Of a DNA stretch of 64,000 bases, positions 26,227 through 38,600 are shown in pieces. A model generated the notes under the pieces. That model did no database searches. It saw nothing but the letters and a program-made list of their open reading frames with translations, and was not told where the DNA came from. Source of the stretch: Balanoglossus misakiensis (Eukaryota; Animalia; Hemichordata); assembly GCA_040954595.2 (NCBI GenBank), contig CM082577.2, positions 20,806,303 to 20,870,302 of the forward strand, in the 5' to 3' direction. Position numbers and translations under genes: made by a program. Every line of letters begins with the position of its first letter. Within the stretch, counting starts at the first letter, position 1.

Positions 26227-27353
26227 AAGATTGGTAATAAAATTAAAAAAAAATCAATGTTCATTTCTTGCTATGTTTGTCGATGTTGTAGATAACTGTA
26301 AAAAAAACCCAACCATAATCGTGGAAAACACGACCTAGGTCGCCGAATGTCACTACCGTCTTACATACAGGCAAGGGTGGAATCCACATGCCCTGGATCT
26401 AGGCTCATGGGCCACCTTCAAGGCCCTGAAAAATCACCCCATTCACCAGCGAGCGATTAAATTATGCCACCATAGGCATTGAAATTTATCTCACTGACCT
26501 AATTTGGGCTTCACTTCATCTATCGACCTGCAAACGAGTGGAAAAACGGCGATTTCCAAGTCGTACCCAGTCAAATTCAATCACATTTGAATCACGCGCC
26601 CGATGGTGATGGCTCCGTTTTCTCTGCCTATTTAAATTGACCAATCGGGCGCCCTGTAAAGCAACACCCGGAAGTGTACGTTCTGACTATCGACTGCACT
26701 GTATTCAAGACGTAAAATGGTAGATTTTATGACAAAGAGTTGGGAAGTATCCATTTATCTGTATGACTCTTAAGGTTTCGCCTCCTTTTTTTCGCGTTAT
26801 TTTGAACGCAGTTACACGTACTCGTACGAGTTGAGCAATAAACAATCGGGTGGCCGAGGCAGCCTTTACAGGGCGCCCGATTGGTCAATTTAAATAGGCA
26901 GAGAAAACGGAGCCATCACCATCGGGCGCGTGATTCAAATGTGATTGAATTTGACTGGGTACGACTTGGAAATCGCCGTTTTTCCACTCGTTTGCAGGTC
27001 GATAGATGAAGTGAAGCCCAAATTAGGTCAGTGAGATAAATTTCAATGCCTATGGTGGCATAATTTAATCGCTCGCTGGTGAATGGGGTGATTTTTCAGG
27101 GCCTTGAAGGTGGCCCATGAGCCTCGATCAGGGCATGTCGACTCCACCCTTGCCTGTATACAAGACGGTAGTGACATTCGGCGACCTAGGTCGTGTTTTC
27201 CACGATTATGGTTGGGTTTTTTTACAGTTATCTACAACATCGACAAACATAGCAAGAAATGAACATTGATTTTTTTTTAATTTTATTACCAATCTTAACA
27301 ACAACAACAACAACAACAACAATAACAATAACAAAATTACTAAGTTCCCTGTG
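26158..27353. mobile_element. Foldback non-autonomous DNA transposon, P superfamily/Galileo-like
   Basis: Inverted arms 26158-26661 and 26864-27353 around a 202-bp spacer; termini CACAGGGAAC...GTTCCCTGTG; 7-bp TSD GTCACAC at 26151-57 and 27354-60. Confidence 0.8.
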
Positions 27354-27365
27354 GTCACACTAGCA

Positions 27366-30300
27366 ATGGCAGCAACTGGGTTTGTTGGAAGTGTCGGTGA
27401 GTTTTCGCCAGATCGAGAGACATTCAGTTCGTATGTAGAGCGGATGGAAATGTTCTTTGAGGCGAACAACATCGTGGAAGTACACGCTGAGGCGAATGCA
27501 GTTGTCCAAGGCAGTAAATGAGCGATTTTTCTCAGTAAAATCGGACCGGAAGCGTATTCTACGCTCAGTAATTTGTTGGCGCCCACCAAACCTAAAGACA
27601 AGCCTTTGAATGCAATCGTCCAAGCACTTGAGGGACACTACAACCCAGCACCGTTAGAGATAGCGGAAAGTTTTCATTTTGGCACTCGTAACCAGAAGCC
27701 TGGTGAGTCAGTCAGTGACTATATTGTGTCATTGAAGAAACTTTCCATACACTGCAACTATGGCGATTTTCTGAATCGAGCTTTGAGAGACAGATTTGTC
27801 TGTGGTCTGGATGACGTAAGGATCCAAAACAAGCTGTTGAACACAGAGGGCCTTACCTTCGACCGTGCTTGTCAGATAGCAACGTCCATGGAGATGGCGG
27901 AGAAGAACGCAAAGGAGTTTCGACCTGCCAGCAGTACTAGTAGCAGTGTCAGCGACAAGAGTGGTGTCGTCAATAAACTTTCGAAGGGTTACAGAAAACC
28001 CCAGGCAAAGACTAGTGGACAAAAACTATGTTATAGATGTAGGGGTGAGCACAACCCACAAATGTGTAAATTTAAGGATGCGAAATGTTTCAAATGTAAG
28101 AAAGTTGGTCACATTGCATCTGTTTGTCACAGTAATGCCAGTGTAAATGAAAAATCTGGTGTCAAAGGTGTAAATTCCCAGTCAACCAAGACAAAGGGAA
28201 AAGTGCATAATGTATGTATGCCTGAGTTAGATGCTACAGAAAGTAGCGGAGATGAAAATAATATGGGTGTATTTTCATTGTATTCTACCAACACAGCCAA
28301 TCCCACCAAAAATAGTACAAAAGGTTACACAGTGAAAATGTCAGTAAACAATGTCACATGCGACATGCAGGTAGATACTGCTGCTGATTTTTCGATTATG
28401 AGCAGGAGTGAGTACACTGAAAAGTTCAGGAAAGTACCTCTTTTTCCCTCCAAGGTAAAACTGAAAACCTACACAGGTGAAATGCTCGATATTTGTGGTG
28501 AAATGAGCTGCAAAGTAGAATACAATGGTCAAAAGGTCATATTGCCCATGGTAGTGGCTAATGTTGTAAGAAAACCTATTTTATTGGGCAGAAATTGGCT
28601 CAATAAGATCAGGTTGAATTGGGGTGAGATATTCAGTGTAACCAATTCATCTGCCACGAGTTTCTCGAATCAGAGCAATGCAAAGAAACAACTTGATAAA
28701 CTTCTGTCAAAACATGCACAGTTGTTTGATGACAGCTATGAGGGTATGAAAGGGTTTGAAGCGCACATCACTGTTCGTGATAATGCAAAGCCTGTGTTTA
28801 TCAAGCCACGTAGAGTTCCTTATGCTTTGAAAGATGCAGTCGAAAAAGAGTTGGAAAAACTCGAGAAAAACGGCGTGATTGTAAAAACCGAGAGGTCGGA
28901 TTGGGCCAGTCCTATTGTAGTAGTTCCAAAGGCCGACAAGTCTGTGAGAATATGTGGTGACTACAAAGTTACCATAAACCAAGCTGTAGAGGATGAGCAG
29001 TATCCACTTCCCACTACTCAAGATTTGTATGCTGAATTAGCTGGGTCCAAAGTTTTCACAAAACTTGATTTGTCACATGCATACGCACAACTTAGTGTTG
29101 ATAAGGAGAGTCAGGGAGGGGTACCTCACAATTAACACTCATAAAGGGTTGTATTCATATACCAAATTGCCTTATGGGGTAAAATCCGCACCCAAGATAT
29201 TTCAGGCAAAAATGGATCAAATTTTGCAAGGAGTTGAAAAATGTGTATGTAAACAAGATGACTTACTTCTTGGTGGAGAAAATTGGCAAGAAAACCTCCA
29301 CATCCTTGATGAAGTGTTAGAAAGATTGGATCGACACAATATTCATCTGAAATTGGATAAATGTAAATTCCTAAAATCTGAAGTTGTCTATCTTGGTCTC
29401 AGGATTAATGCCGATGGGCTACATCCAGTTGATGAGAAAGTTGATGCTATAAAGAAAGCACCAATTCCCAGAAATGTTCACGAGTTGAGATCTTTCCTAG
29501 GCATGGTTCAATATTACCATTCATTTCTGCCAGATCTTGCTACTATACTAGCACCATTGCACAAGTTGCTCAAAAAGGATGTCAAGTGGAAATGGACATC
29601 TGATTGCCAGAAGGCGTATGATCTGTGTAAAAATGGTCTGTCCAGTGATGCTTTATTAGTGCATTATGATACAAAGCGCGAACTGAGACTAGCTTGTGAC
29701 GCGTCTAGTTATGGACTAGGTGCAGTGATTAGCCATAAGATGGATAATGGTCAAGAGAGACCTATTGCATATGCATCGCGCAGCTTGAATGCTAGCGAAA
29801 AGAATTATGCGCAGATCGAACGTGAAGCATTGTCTATTGTATTTGGAGTGAAGAAATTTCACCAGTTTCTATACGGTCGTAAGTTCACTTTGATTACTGA
29901 CCATAAACCGTTATTGGCACTCTTAGGTCCAAAATCAGCTATTCCTACTTTAGCTGCAGCACGCATGCAGAGATGGGCATTGATATTATCAGCCTACGAC
30001 TATGAGATAGAGTATAGGAGATCAGAAGATCATGCAAATTGTGATGCTCTTTCGCGTTTACCACATGAGATTTCTAATGTAGCTAGTGAGAGTAGGATAT
30101 ATACAGTAAGGGCTGTGGATGATGATTTTCCGATTACAGCAACCGACATTGCCAAAGCAACATGCACTGATCCAGTATTGAGTCGGGTCCATCAGTTTGT
30201 AATGACTGGTTGGCCTGAGCATTGTATTGACGAGTCAATGAAACCATATCACAGTAGACGGCATGAGTTATCATGTGAACAACGCTGTGTACTTTGGGGA

Positions 30301-31254
30301 ACCAGGGTTATAATTCCAGCAGTTTTCCAAGAGAAAATGTTGAGCGAATTACACTGGGAACATCCTGGTGTGTGTAGTATGAAAGCAATTGCGCGTACAT
30401 GTGTCTGGTGGCCTCGAATGGATGAGGAAATTGAGAAAACGGTGAAAGTTTGCACTGTTTGTCAGAGTGTGAGGAGTGCTCCATCTAGTGCTCCATTGAT
30501 ACCATGGAAATGGCCCACACGTCCATTTCAACGCGTACATATTGATTTCTGTCAGAAAGGTACTGATTACTTTTTGATATTAGTTGACAGTCACTCAAAG
30601 TGGATTGAGGTGAAACATATGACTTCGACCACAAGTGACCGCACAATTGATGAGTTGCGTTTGATTTTTGCGAATCATGGTCTGCCTGAAGAACTTGTGT
30701 CAGATAATGGACCACAATTTACTTCAGCAGAGTTTGCAGAGTTTATGAGTAAGAATGGTATAAAGCAACAAATGGTTGAAAAGAAACAAGAAAAACAAAA
30801 GCAATATCATGACATGTCTGTCAATGAAAGAACCTTTCAGATGTATGATAGAGTTCGTGTACGAAACAAAAGACCAAATTCGAAGCTGGAGAAATGGATC
30901 CCAGGCACTATTGTGAAAGTATGTGGACCACGACGTTATGTAGTTAGAGTTGGTCATTCGATGAGATTTGTTCATACTGATCATTTGATTAGAGCACATG
31001 ACAATGTACCTGATTATGTTAATGAACCAGAAGTTGTTGTACCCGATTTCATTGAGAATGATGCTGTACACACTAAGAGAAATATTCCTTCTGAAAGCAT
31101 TGATCATTCACCAGTGAAACAAAGTTCAAATGTTGCTATTGAGAGTTTCAAAACTGATGAAGTTAGTACAGAGGTTTCAAATACTACTCCAGAAAGCGTA
31201 CCTCTTAGAAGGTCTCAGAGAGTGAGAAAGCCTGTTGTAAAACTTGATCTGTGA
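27366..31254 (+). pseudogene. Gypsy gag-pol (gag, CCHC knuckles, protease, RT, RNase H, integrase), disrupted
   Basis: ATG at 27366 is in frame with ORF 27573-29135, with a TGA at 27519-21 and a frameshift near 29115. Motifs: CYRCRGEH and CFKCKKVGHIASVC, VDTAAD, RICGDYK, LPYG...KQDD, CDASSYGLGAV, HWEHPG...CTVC, VSDNGPQF. The integrase core is deleted after NGIK. Confidence 0.93.
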
Positions 31255-31780
31255 AGTGTTTTCTGTTGAGTTGTGTTACCATGTAAGCTACCCAAATTTC
31301 AAGGGGGAAGCAGTGTTATGTATTGGTATATTAACTGCTATGTAAAAGTGCTGTGTACGAGGCTGTGCTTGTGAGCATGCGCAGTTAGCAATAAAGAAGC
31401 AGCACGGCTGTCGTTCAGTTGAACATGTCCTGCGTCTGTCTAATCTCTCTAGGAATGAGCCCACAATAATATATCAATATATTACACTACCTGTCGTGTT
31501 AGAAAAGATGAATTTACCCATGAAAGCCTGTATAATTTTTACATGAAAGCCTGTATAGATTTTTTATTGGGTGAGTGTGCCAGTAACTTTTAAAGTGTGT
31601 ATTTTTATAAACTTGTGTAATATGTATATACATATTATGGAATAAAACCGCCAGAACATTCACCTAAGTTGTGTAATAGACTTTACCTTAATAATACATG
31701 ACAGTTCTCTCATGTACACATTCTAAATCAGCAATCACTATTACCCAAGGAAAGTAATTTACCAGGTCTCAGACAGTAAT

Positions 31781-32145
31781 GCTACAGGCATGTAGAACAT
31801 GCATGTAGCATAGCTGCTACAGGCATGTAAAACATTAATGTAGCATAGCTGCTGCAGGCATGCTACAGGCATGTAGAACATTAATGTAGCATAGCTGCTA
31901 CAGACATGTTACAGGCATGTAGAACATTAGTGTAGCATAGCTGCTGCAGGCATGCTACAGGCATGAATAACATTAGTGTAGCATAGCTGCTACAGACATG
32001 TTACAGGCATGTAGAACATTAATGTAGCATAGCTGCTGCAGGCATGCTACAGGCATGAATAACATTAGTGTAGCATAGCTGCTGCAGGCATGCTACAGGC
32101 ATGTAGAACATTAATGTAGCATAGCTGCTACAGTCATGCTACATG
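31781..32145. repeat. Subterminal tandem repeats of the CACTA element (~47-bp unit built from GCTACAGGCATG/TGTAGCATAGCT motifs)
   Basis: Direct reading; lies ~120 bp inside the GTAGTG terminus. A shorter paralog is at 48105-48380. Confidence 0.85.
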
Positions 32146-32752
32146 TCAGTTGCAACTGCCATGCTACATTACTGTGGCTACTTTCTAGTTACATTGCTAT
32201 TCTGCATGGCTGTTACATACATGCTGCATGACAGCTACACACATGTTAAACTTTGGTTGTGTAGTGTCAAATACATTCAAGCAAGATAAGTCCCTGGTAG
32301 CCATGCTCTGGTGGTTAACTTCACGCGCCCTCTATCGCTGATAAACTGGGGACACATCTGCCAAACAAAAACGAAGGCTGCATCCGCAGAACTATAAAAT
32401 AGCAATAACCGTGGGCTTAACGAAAACTATTAAAACTATAGTATAAATGCTATTGTAATATGAAAGAGGGCGTGTCAATCGTTCTTTTCTTTGTAACAAA
32501 CTATAGAGGGCGCATGCGAGCGAGCCATGTGCAGGACGTATCGGTCCGTACTTAGTGTATACTAATATACATATGTACTACTATGGAATTTAAAGCAATT
32601 AAACAGGTTTATGACCTTGCGGCACAATTGCTGGTCGATGGTGTTTGCCTGTCCCCATCCCCCAAAGCATATATTGATACTATGCTGTCTTGCGTGCGTG
32701 TACACACTCTTCGCTTCTATTAGTATTGCTAATATTTACTGTCTCGTTAATG

Positions 32753-35417
32753 TTGAAGATAGGAGTGACTCTGATCACTTCCCTTTGTCATGTACCATGA
32801 ATATTGAATTGTCATGTCTTCCTGAAAATACACAAAGAGTCCAAGGCTCAGATTTTCACGACTATACATTTTTTTAAGTGGGATAATGAGAAAAGGGGTA
32901 AATTTAATGAAAAGGTCACCTCAACGGAGGGTCAACAACATATCAGTTGTATTCTTGATTCCGGGAGGGATGATGTAAATGAGTTGACTTCAAAAGTGTA
33001 TGCTTTATTGACATGGGCTGCAGCAGGCTTCCATAAGTTTACTGTCAAGACTAGGAATGTTACAAAGAGAGTATTGCAGCCAAAATGGTTCAACAAAGAT
33101 TGTGAAATAGCTAAAATGAATATGTACAAAGCCCTCCGTTATTTCAGAGATTTAAATGACCAGGAGAGTTTAAAAAATTATAAGGATCGCAAGGAAACGT
33201 TTAAATCTCTGTGTAGAATCAACAAAGAAAATTTTTATTCTTCATTCTGTAACAATGGGGAGAACATTTGGAAACGAGTTAAATATTTTAAGGGGGGTCA
33301 AAAACCCCTCTCCAATATCTCAGCTGCTGACTGGATGGAGCACTTTGATAAATTGCACAACCCTGTTTACCAGAAAACCAATTTTGATATCAGTGTGGAA
33401 AATTTTCTTGAAACCATTGAATTCTCTCACGGAGATGAAACCTCCAATGAGGACATTCTCAACCATCCTATTAGCAACGATGAGATATTGTATGCTTTGG
33501 ATATGCTAAAAACTGGTAAATCACCTGGTCCCGACGGATTACCAAATGATTTTTTTCAGAGATGCTAAAAATAGTCTTATGCCTGTATTACACTTTTTGT
33601 TTAATGCCGTTTTTGATGCTGGTGTATTTCCAAGAGACTGGAGTATGGGTATCATAGTCCCGCTACATAAGAAGGGTAGTTTTCATGACCCAAAAAAATT
33701 CCGAGGCATAACGCTTCTGGAATCGATTGGTAAAATGTTTACTTTTATCTTGAACCAGAGATTGACTAAATGGGCAGAGATGATCGGTTGCATTACTGAG
33801 TGTCAGACTGGCTTCAGACGTGGTTATAGCACCATTGATAACATCTTTACGTTACATGTCATGGTTCAAAAGTATCTTTGTAGATCAAGGGGACGCTTTT
33901 ATTGTGCATTTATAGATTTCAGTAAGGCTTTCGACACTGTAAATCACAATTTGTTGCTGTACAGACTGTCCACTGAGGGTGTACAGGGTAAAATGTTTAA
34001 TATTCTTAAGTCAATGTACCATGGGCTTAAATCCTGTGTAAAATCCCAACAAGGGAGAACTAACTATTTTCAGTGTTCTGTTGGCGTGCGTCAGGGATGC
34101 ATGTTGAGTCCCTTTTTGTTTTCACTTTTTATAAATGAATTAAATACCATGTTAGAAAATTCGGACCAGGGAGGTATACAACTGACACAAGATTTGTACG
34201 ATTTATTTTCACTTTTGTATGCTGATGATGTAACAATATTTAGTGACACCCCAGGACGATTACAAAATCTGCTTCGAGTTTTAGAGTCTTTCTGTGCTAA
34301 GTGGAAAATGAATGTAAATCTTAACAAATCACATGTCATTGTTTTTAGGCGAGGGGGCATTCTGAAAAAGAGTGAAAAATGGGTTTTTAATGGACAAAAA
34401 GTGAAAACTGTAAGTTATTACAAATACCTTGGGCTTATGATATCTAGTCGTAATGTTTGGAGTAAAGCTGTACTTACCTTAGCAGATCAAGCTAGGAAAG
34501 CTATGGGTTGTATTCTCTGTATGATTAGAAATACTTGTCCTTTGACTTTTCAAGAATACTTTAAGCTTTTTGATACCATGGTATTACCAATTTTGACATA
34601 TGGGGCTGAAATTTGGGGTTACCGCATGTATAGTGTAGTTGAACGAGTCCACCTTAAATACTGTAAAGCTTTCATGGGAATCAAATCTACTACCCCGGAT
34701 GTCTTTGTTTTAGGGGAATGTGGTAGATTCCCAATTTTCATACATAGTTTTAAAAAGGTTTTATCATATTGGTATAAACTTCTAAATATGCCCCAAAACA
34801 TAATTGCTAAGCATGCATATCAGCTAGCTATATCACTCGATGAAAATAACAAAGAATCCTGGGCTACCCATGTTAAACATTTACTTTGTGAGCATGGTTT
34901 TGGGGAAGTCTGGTTTTGGCAAGGTCCGGGAGATTTCAATGTCTTCCTCCAACACTTTACACAAAGAGCTATGGATATTTTTAAACAAAACTGGCATGCA
35001 GAAGTGTGTAGTAAAGACAAACTCCGTGTGTATTGTAATTTTAAATTTTTATTCCACACAGAAGATTATTTAACATCGAACATGTTCTTCAGGTTCAAGA
35101 GAGCACTTGCCTGTCTCAGAAGCTCTGGGCTAGATTTAGAAATTGAAAAAGGTAGAGCCCAGGGCGTTGCTCTCGAAGATAGAATATGTCAAATTTGTGA
35201 CTCACATGAAATAGAGAACGAATTTCATTTCATTTGTACTTGCCCTTTATATCACAATTTAAGACTCCAACATTTACCACAGTGGTCTTATTCACAGCCA
35301 ACGATTGAAAAGTTTTATGCACTAATGTCTTCCTCCAATAGCACAGTCATTTTCAAGCTGGCACTATTTGTATATAAGGCGTATAAATTGAGAGAAGAAA
35401 TCTTTATAACCATGTAA
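32753..35417 (+). pseudogene. LINE ORF2 remnant (EN end, RT, Zn finger) with frameshifts in T-runs near 32870 and 33552
   Basis: ORFs 32611-32877 (tail), 32804-33568 and 33546-35417 are consecutive parts of one polyprotein. Confidence 0.88.
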
Positions 35418-35514
35418 AGTACTCACTCTCATGATGTATATATTTTTTGTATTTATAATCTAATGTTGCAATATGGGCCGGAGGCCTTTAAGAGCAATAA
35501 ATATATATATATAA
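32753..35514 (+). mobile_element. 5'-truncated non-LTR retrotransposon, probably RTEX clade
   Basis: Starts at the end of an APE domain (SDHFP). RT motifs (KSPGPDG, QTGFR, FIDFSKAFD, GVRQGCMLSP, LLYADD) and a C-terminal CQIC...EFHFICTC finger. Ends AATAAA(TA)n. 19-bp direct repeat ATTTACTGTCTCGTTAATG at 32734-52 and 35515-33; empty site at ~48967-85. Confidence 0.9.
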
Positions 35515-35662
35515 ATTTACTGTCTCGTTAATGCATTTGTATGTCAATCACCCCACCCTAAGAAATATCATTTATGGCCTTGTAAAGCGACGAACATGTG
35601 ATAAAAGGGTGAAATGTGGTTATCTGCAATTCAATTAAGAAAGCTAATGTCATATGGCGCTT

Positions 35663-38600
35663 TTGAATTTCTCCTACTATAAACCTGAATCCTACACCAT
35701 TGAACACATAGTCCGACTTGGCTAATTTTTGTGGGTAACCGATCGACCTTCCATAGCTTATTATAAGGCAAGTAGGATAAAAAAAATATGGTTTGTTTTG
35801 TTTTGCAAAAAGTGGTTTTAAAATTCAGACACTTGCAGAAAGAGGAAAAAACGGACACTTGCGACAAAATATTATCCTTCAGGCTACTCTTTAAAAAATG
35901 AAGCCTACAGCACGTAGTATTCCCAGGCGGTCTCCCATCCAAGTACTAACTACGCCCAACGCACGTTTGCTTCGGTGATCAGACGAGAACCGGCTTATTC
36001 TACGTGGTATGGCCGTAGGCGAAAGATGGTTGAATTTCTCCTACTATAAACCTGAATCCTACACCATTCAACACATAGTCCGACTTGGCTAATTTTTGTG
36101 GGTAACCGATCGACCTTCCATAGCTTATAAGGCAAGTAGGATAAAAAAATATGGTTTGTTTTGTTTTGCAAAAAGTGGTTTTAAAATTCAGACACTTGCA
36201 GAAAGAGGAAGAAACGGACACTTGCGACAAAATATTATCCTTCAGGCTACTCTTTAATGGAAACGTTGGAAAAAAATGAAACCTACAGCACGTAGTATTC
36301 CCAGGCGGTCTCCAATCCAAGTACTAACTACGCCCAACGCAGGTTTGCTTCGGTGATCAGACGAGAACCGGCTTATTCTACGTGGTATGGCCGTAGGCGA
36401 AAGATGGTTGAATTTCTCCTACTATAAACCTGAATCCTACACCATTGAACACATAGTCCAACTTGGCTAATTTTTGTGGGTAACCGATCGACCTTCCATA
36501 GCTTATAAGGCAAGTGGGATAAAAAATATGGTTTGTTTTGTTTTTGCAAAAAGTGGTTTTAAAATTCAGACACTTGCAGAAAGAGGAAGAAACGGACACT
36601 TGCGACGAAAATATTATCCATCAGGCTACTCTTTAATGGAAAAGTTGGGAAAAAATGAAGCCTACAGCACGTAGTATTCCCAGGCGGTGTCCCATCCAAG
36701 TACTAACTACGCCCAACGCAGGTTTACTTCGGTGATCAGACGAGAACTGGCTTATTCTACGTGGTATGGCAGTAGGCGAAGGATGGTTGAATTTCTCCTA
36801 CTATAAACCTGAATCCTACACCATTGGACACATAGATCGACTTGGCTAATTTTTGTTGGTAACCGATCGACCTTCCATAGCTGATAAGGCGAGTGTGATA
36901 ACAAATATGGTTTGTTTTGTTTTGCAAAAAGTGGTTTTAAAATTCAGACACTTGCAGAAAGAGGAAGAAACGGACACTTGCGACGAAAATATTATCCATC
37001 AGGCTACTCTTTAATGGAAAAGTTGGGAAAAAATGAAGCCTACAGCACGTAGTATTCCCAGGCGGTGTCCCATCCAAGTACTAACTACGCCCAACGCAGG
37101 TTTGCTTCGGTGATCAGACGAGAACCGGCTTATTCTACGTGGTATGGCCGTAGGCGAAGGATGGTTGAATTTCTCCTACTATAAACCTGAATCCTACACC
37201 ATTGGACACATAGATCGACTTGGCTAATTTTTGTGGGTAACCGATCGACCTTCCATAGCTGATAAGGCGAGTGGCATAAAAAATATGGTTTGTTTTGTTT
37301 TGCAAAAAGTGGTTTTAGAATTCAGACACTTGCAGAAAGAGGAAGAAACGGACACTTGCGACGAAAATATTATCCATCAGGCTACTCTTTAATGGAAAAG
37401 TTGGGAAAAAATGAAGCCTACAGCACGTAGTATTCCCAGGCGGTGTCCCATCCAAGTACTAACTACGCCCAACGCAGGTTTGCTTCGGTGATCAGACGAG
37501 AACTGGCTTATTCTACGTGGTATGGCAGTAGGCGAAGGATGGTTGAATTTCTCCTACTATAAACCTGAATCCGACACCATTGGACACATAGTCCGACTTG
37601 GCTAATTTTTGTGGGTAACCGATCGACCTTCCATAGCTGATAAGGCGAGTGGGATAAAAAAAATATGGTTTGTTTTGTTTTTGCAAAAAGTGGTTTTAAA
37701 ATTCAGACACTTGCAGAAAGAGGAAGAAACGGACACTTGCGACGAAAATATTATCCATCAGGCTACTCTTTAATGGAAAAGTTGGGAAAAAATGAAGCCT
37801 ACAGCACGTAGTATTCCCAGGCGGTGTCCCATCCAAGTACTAACTACGCCCAACGCAGGTTTGCTTCGGTGATCAGACGAGAACTGGCTTATTCTACGTG
37901 GTATGGCAGTAGGCGAAGGATGGTTGAATTTCTCCTACTATAAACCTGAATCCTACACCATTGGACACATAGATCGACTTGGCTAATTTTTGTTGGTAAC
38001 CGATCGACCTTCCATTGCTGATAAGGCGAGTGGGATAAAAAATATGGTTTGTTTTGTTTTGCAAAAAGTGGTTTTATAATTCAGACACTTGAAGAAAGAG
38101 GAAGAAACGGACACTTGCGACGAAAATATTATCCATCAGGCTACTCTTTAATAGAAAAGTTGGAAAAAAAATGAAGCCTACAGCACGTAGTATTCCCAGG
38201 CGGTCTCCCATCCAAGTACTAACTACGCCCAACGCAGATTTGCTTCGGTGATCAGACGAGAACCGGCTTATTCTACGTGGTATGGCCGTAGGCGAAGGAT
38301 GGTTGAATTTCTCCTACTATAAACCTGAATCCTACACCATTGGACACATAGCTCGACTTGGCTAATTTTTGTTGGTAACCGATCGACCTTCCATAGCTGA
38401 TAAGGCGAGTGGGATAACAAATATGGTTTGTTTTGTTTTGCAAAAAGTGGTTTTAAAATTCAGACACTTGCAGAAAGAGGAAGAAACGGACACTTGCGAC
38501 GAAAATATTATCCATCAGGCTATTCTTTAATGGAAAAGTTGGGAAAAAATGAAGCCTACAGCACGTAGTATTCCCAGGCGGTGTCCCATCCAAGTACTAA

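Larger units (their letters stand above)
25842..31486 (+). mobile_element. Gypsy/Ty3 LTR retrotransposon (defective)
   Basis: 173-bp TG...CA LTRs at 25842-26014 and 31314-31486 (one mismatch seen). 5-bp TSD CTACC at 25837-41 and 31487-91. PBS TGGCGACGAGGATGG at 26018-32, complementary to the tRNA-Ser(GCU) 3' end. PPT AAGGGGGAAG at 31301-10. Empty site present at 47817-21. Confidence 0.97.
23620..31574 (+). pseudogene. Spliced CMC-type transposase pseudogene, C-terminal exons, copy 1
   Basis: Approximate exons: 23620-23668 (VDDIGDYGPCGCFDTE), 23920-24075 (CESLMG*VRLQYLFTNHHNPSRDLALNF...RFILNGGFW), 24427-~24531, 24669-24724, 24931-25060, and 25633-31574 (SYGRL...FVHGCEYTTC, Gypsy insert, ...FTHESLY). 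Most have AG/GT borders. There is an in-frame stop and degenerate splice sites. Confidence 0.65.
23620..32266 (+). mobile_element. CACTA/EnSpm (CMC)-type DNA transposon, 3' part, copy 1 (interrupted by Gypsy)
   Basis: Spliced transposase-like exons, then a subterminal tandem array, then the terminus ...TTGTGTAGTG (reverse complement CACTACACAA). The 5' part is missing, replaced by the 5S array. Confidence 0.7.

Noticed and set aside
23620-35665. The flank as a site-specific element inserted twice at the same spacer position
   Set aside because: There is no TSD, it begins mid-exon, it includes DNA beyond the transposon end, and copy 2 runs on into unique sequence. Segmental duplication explains it better.
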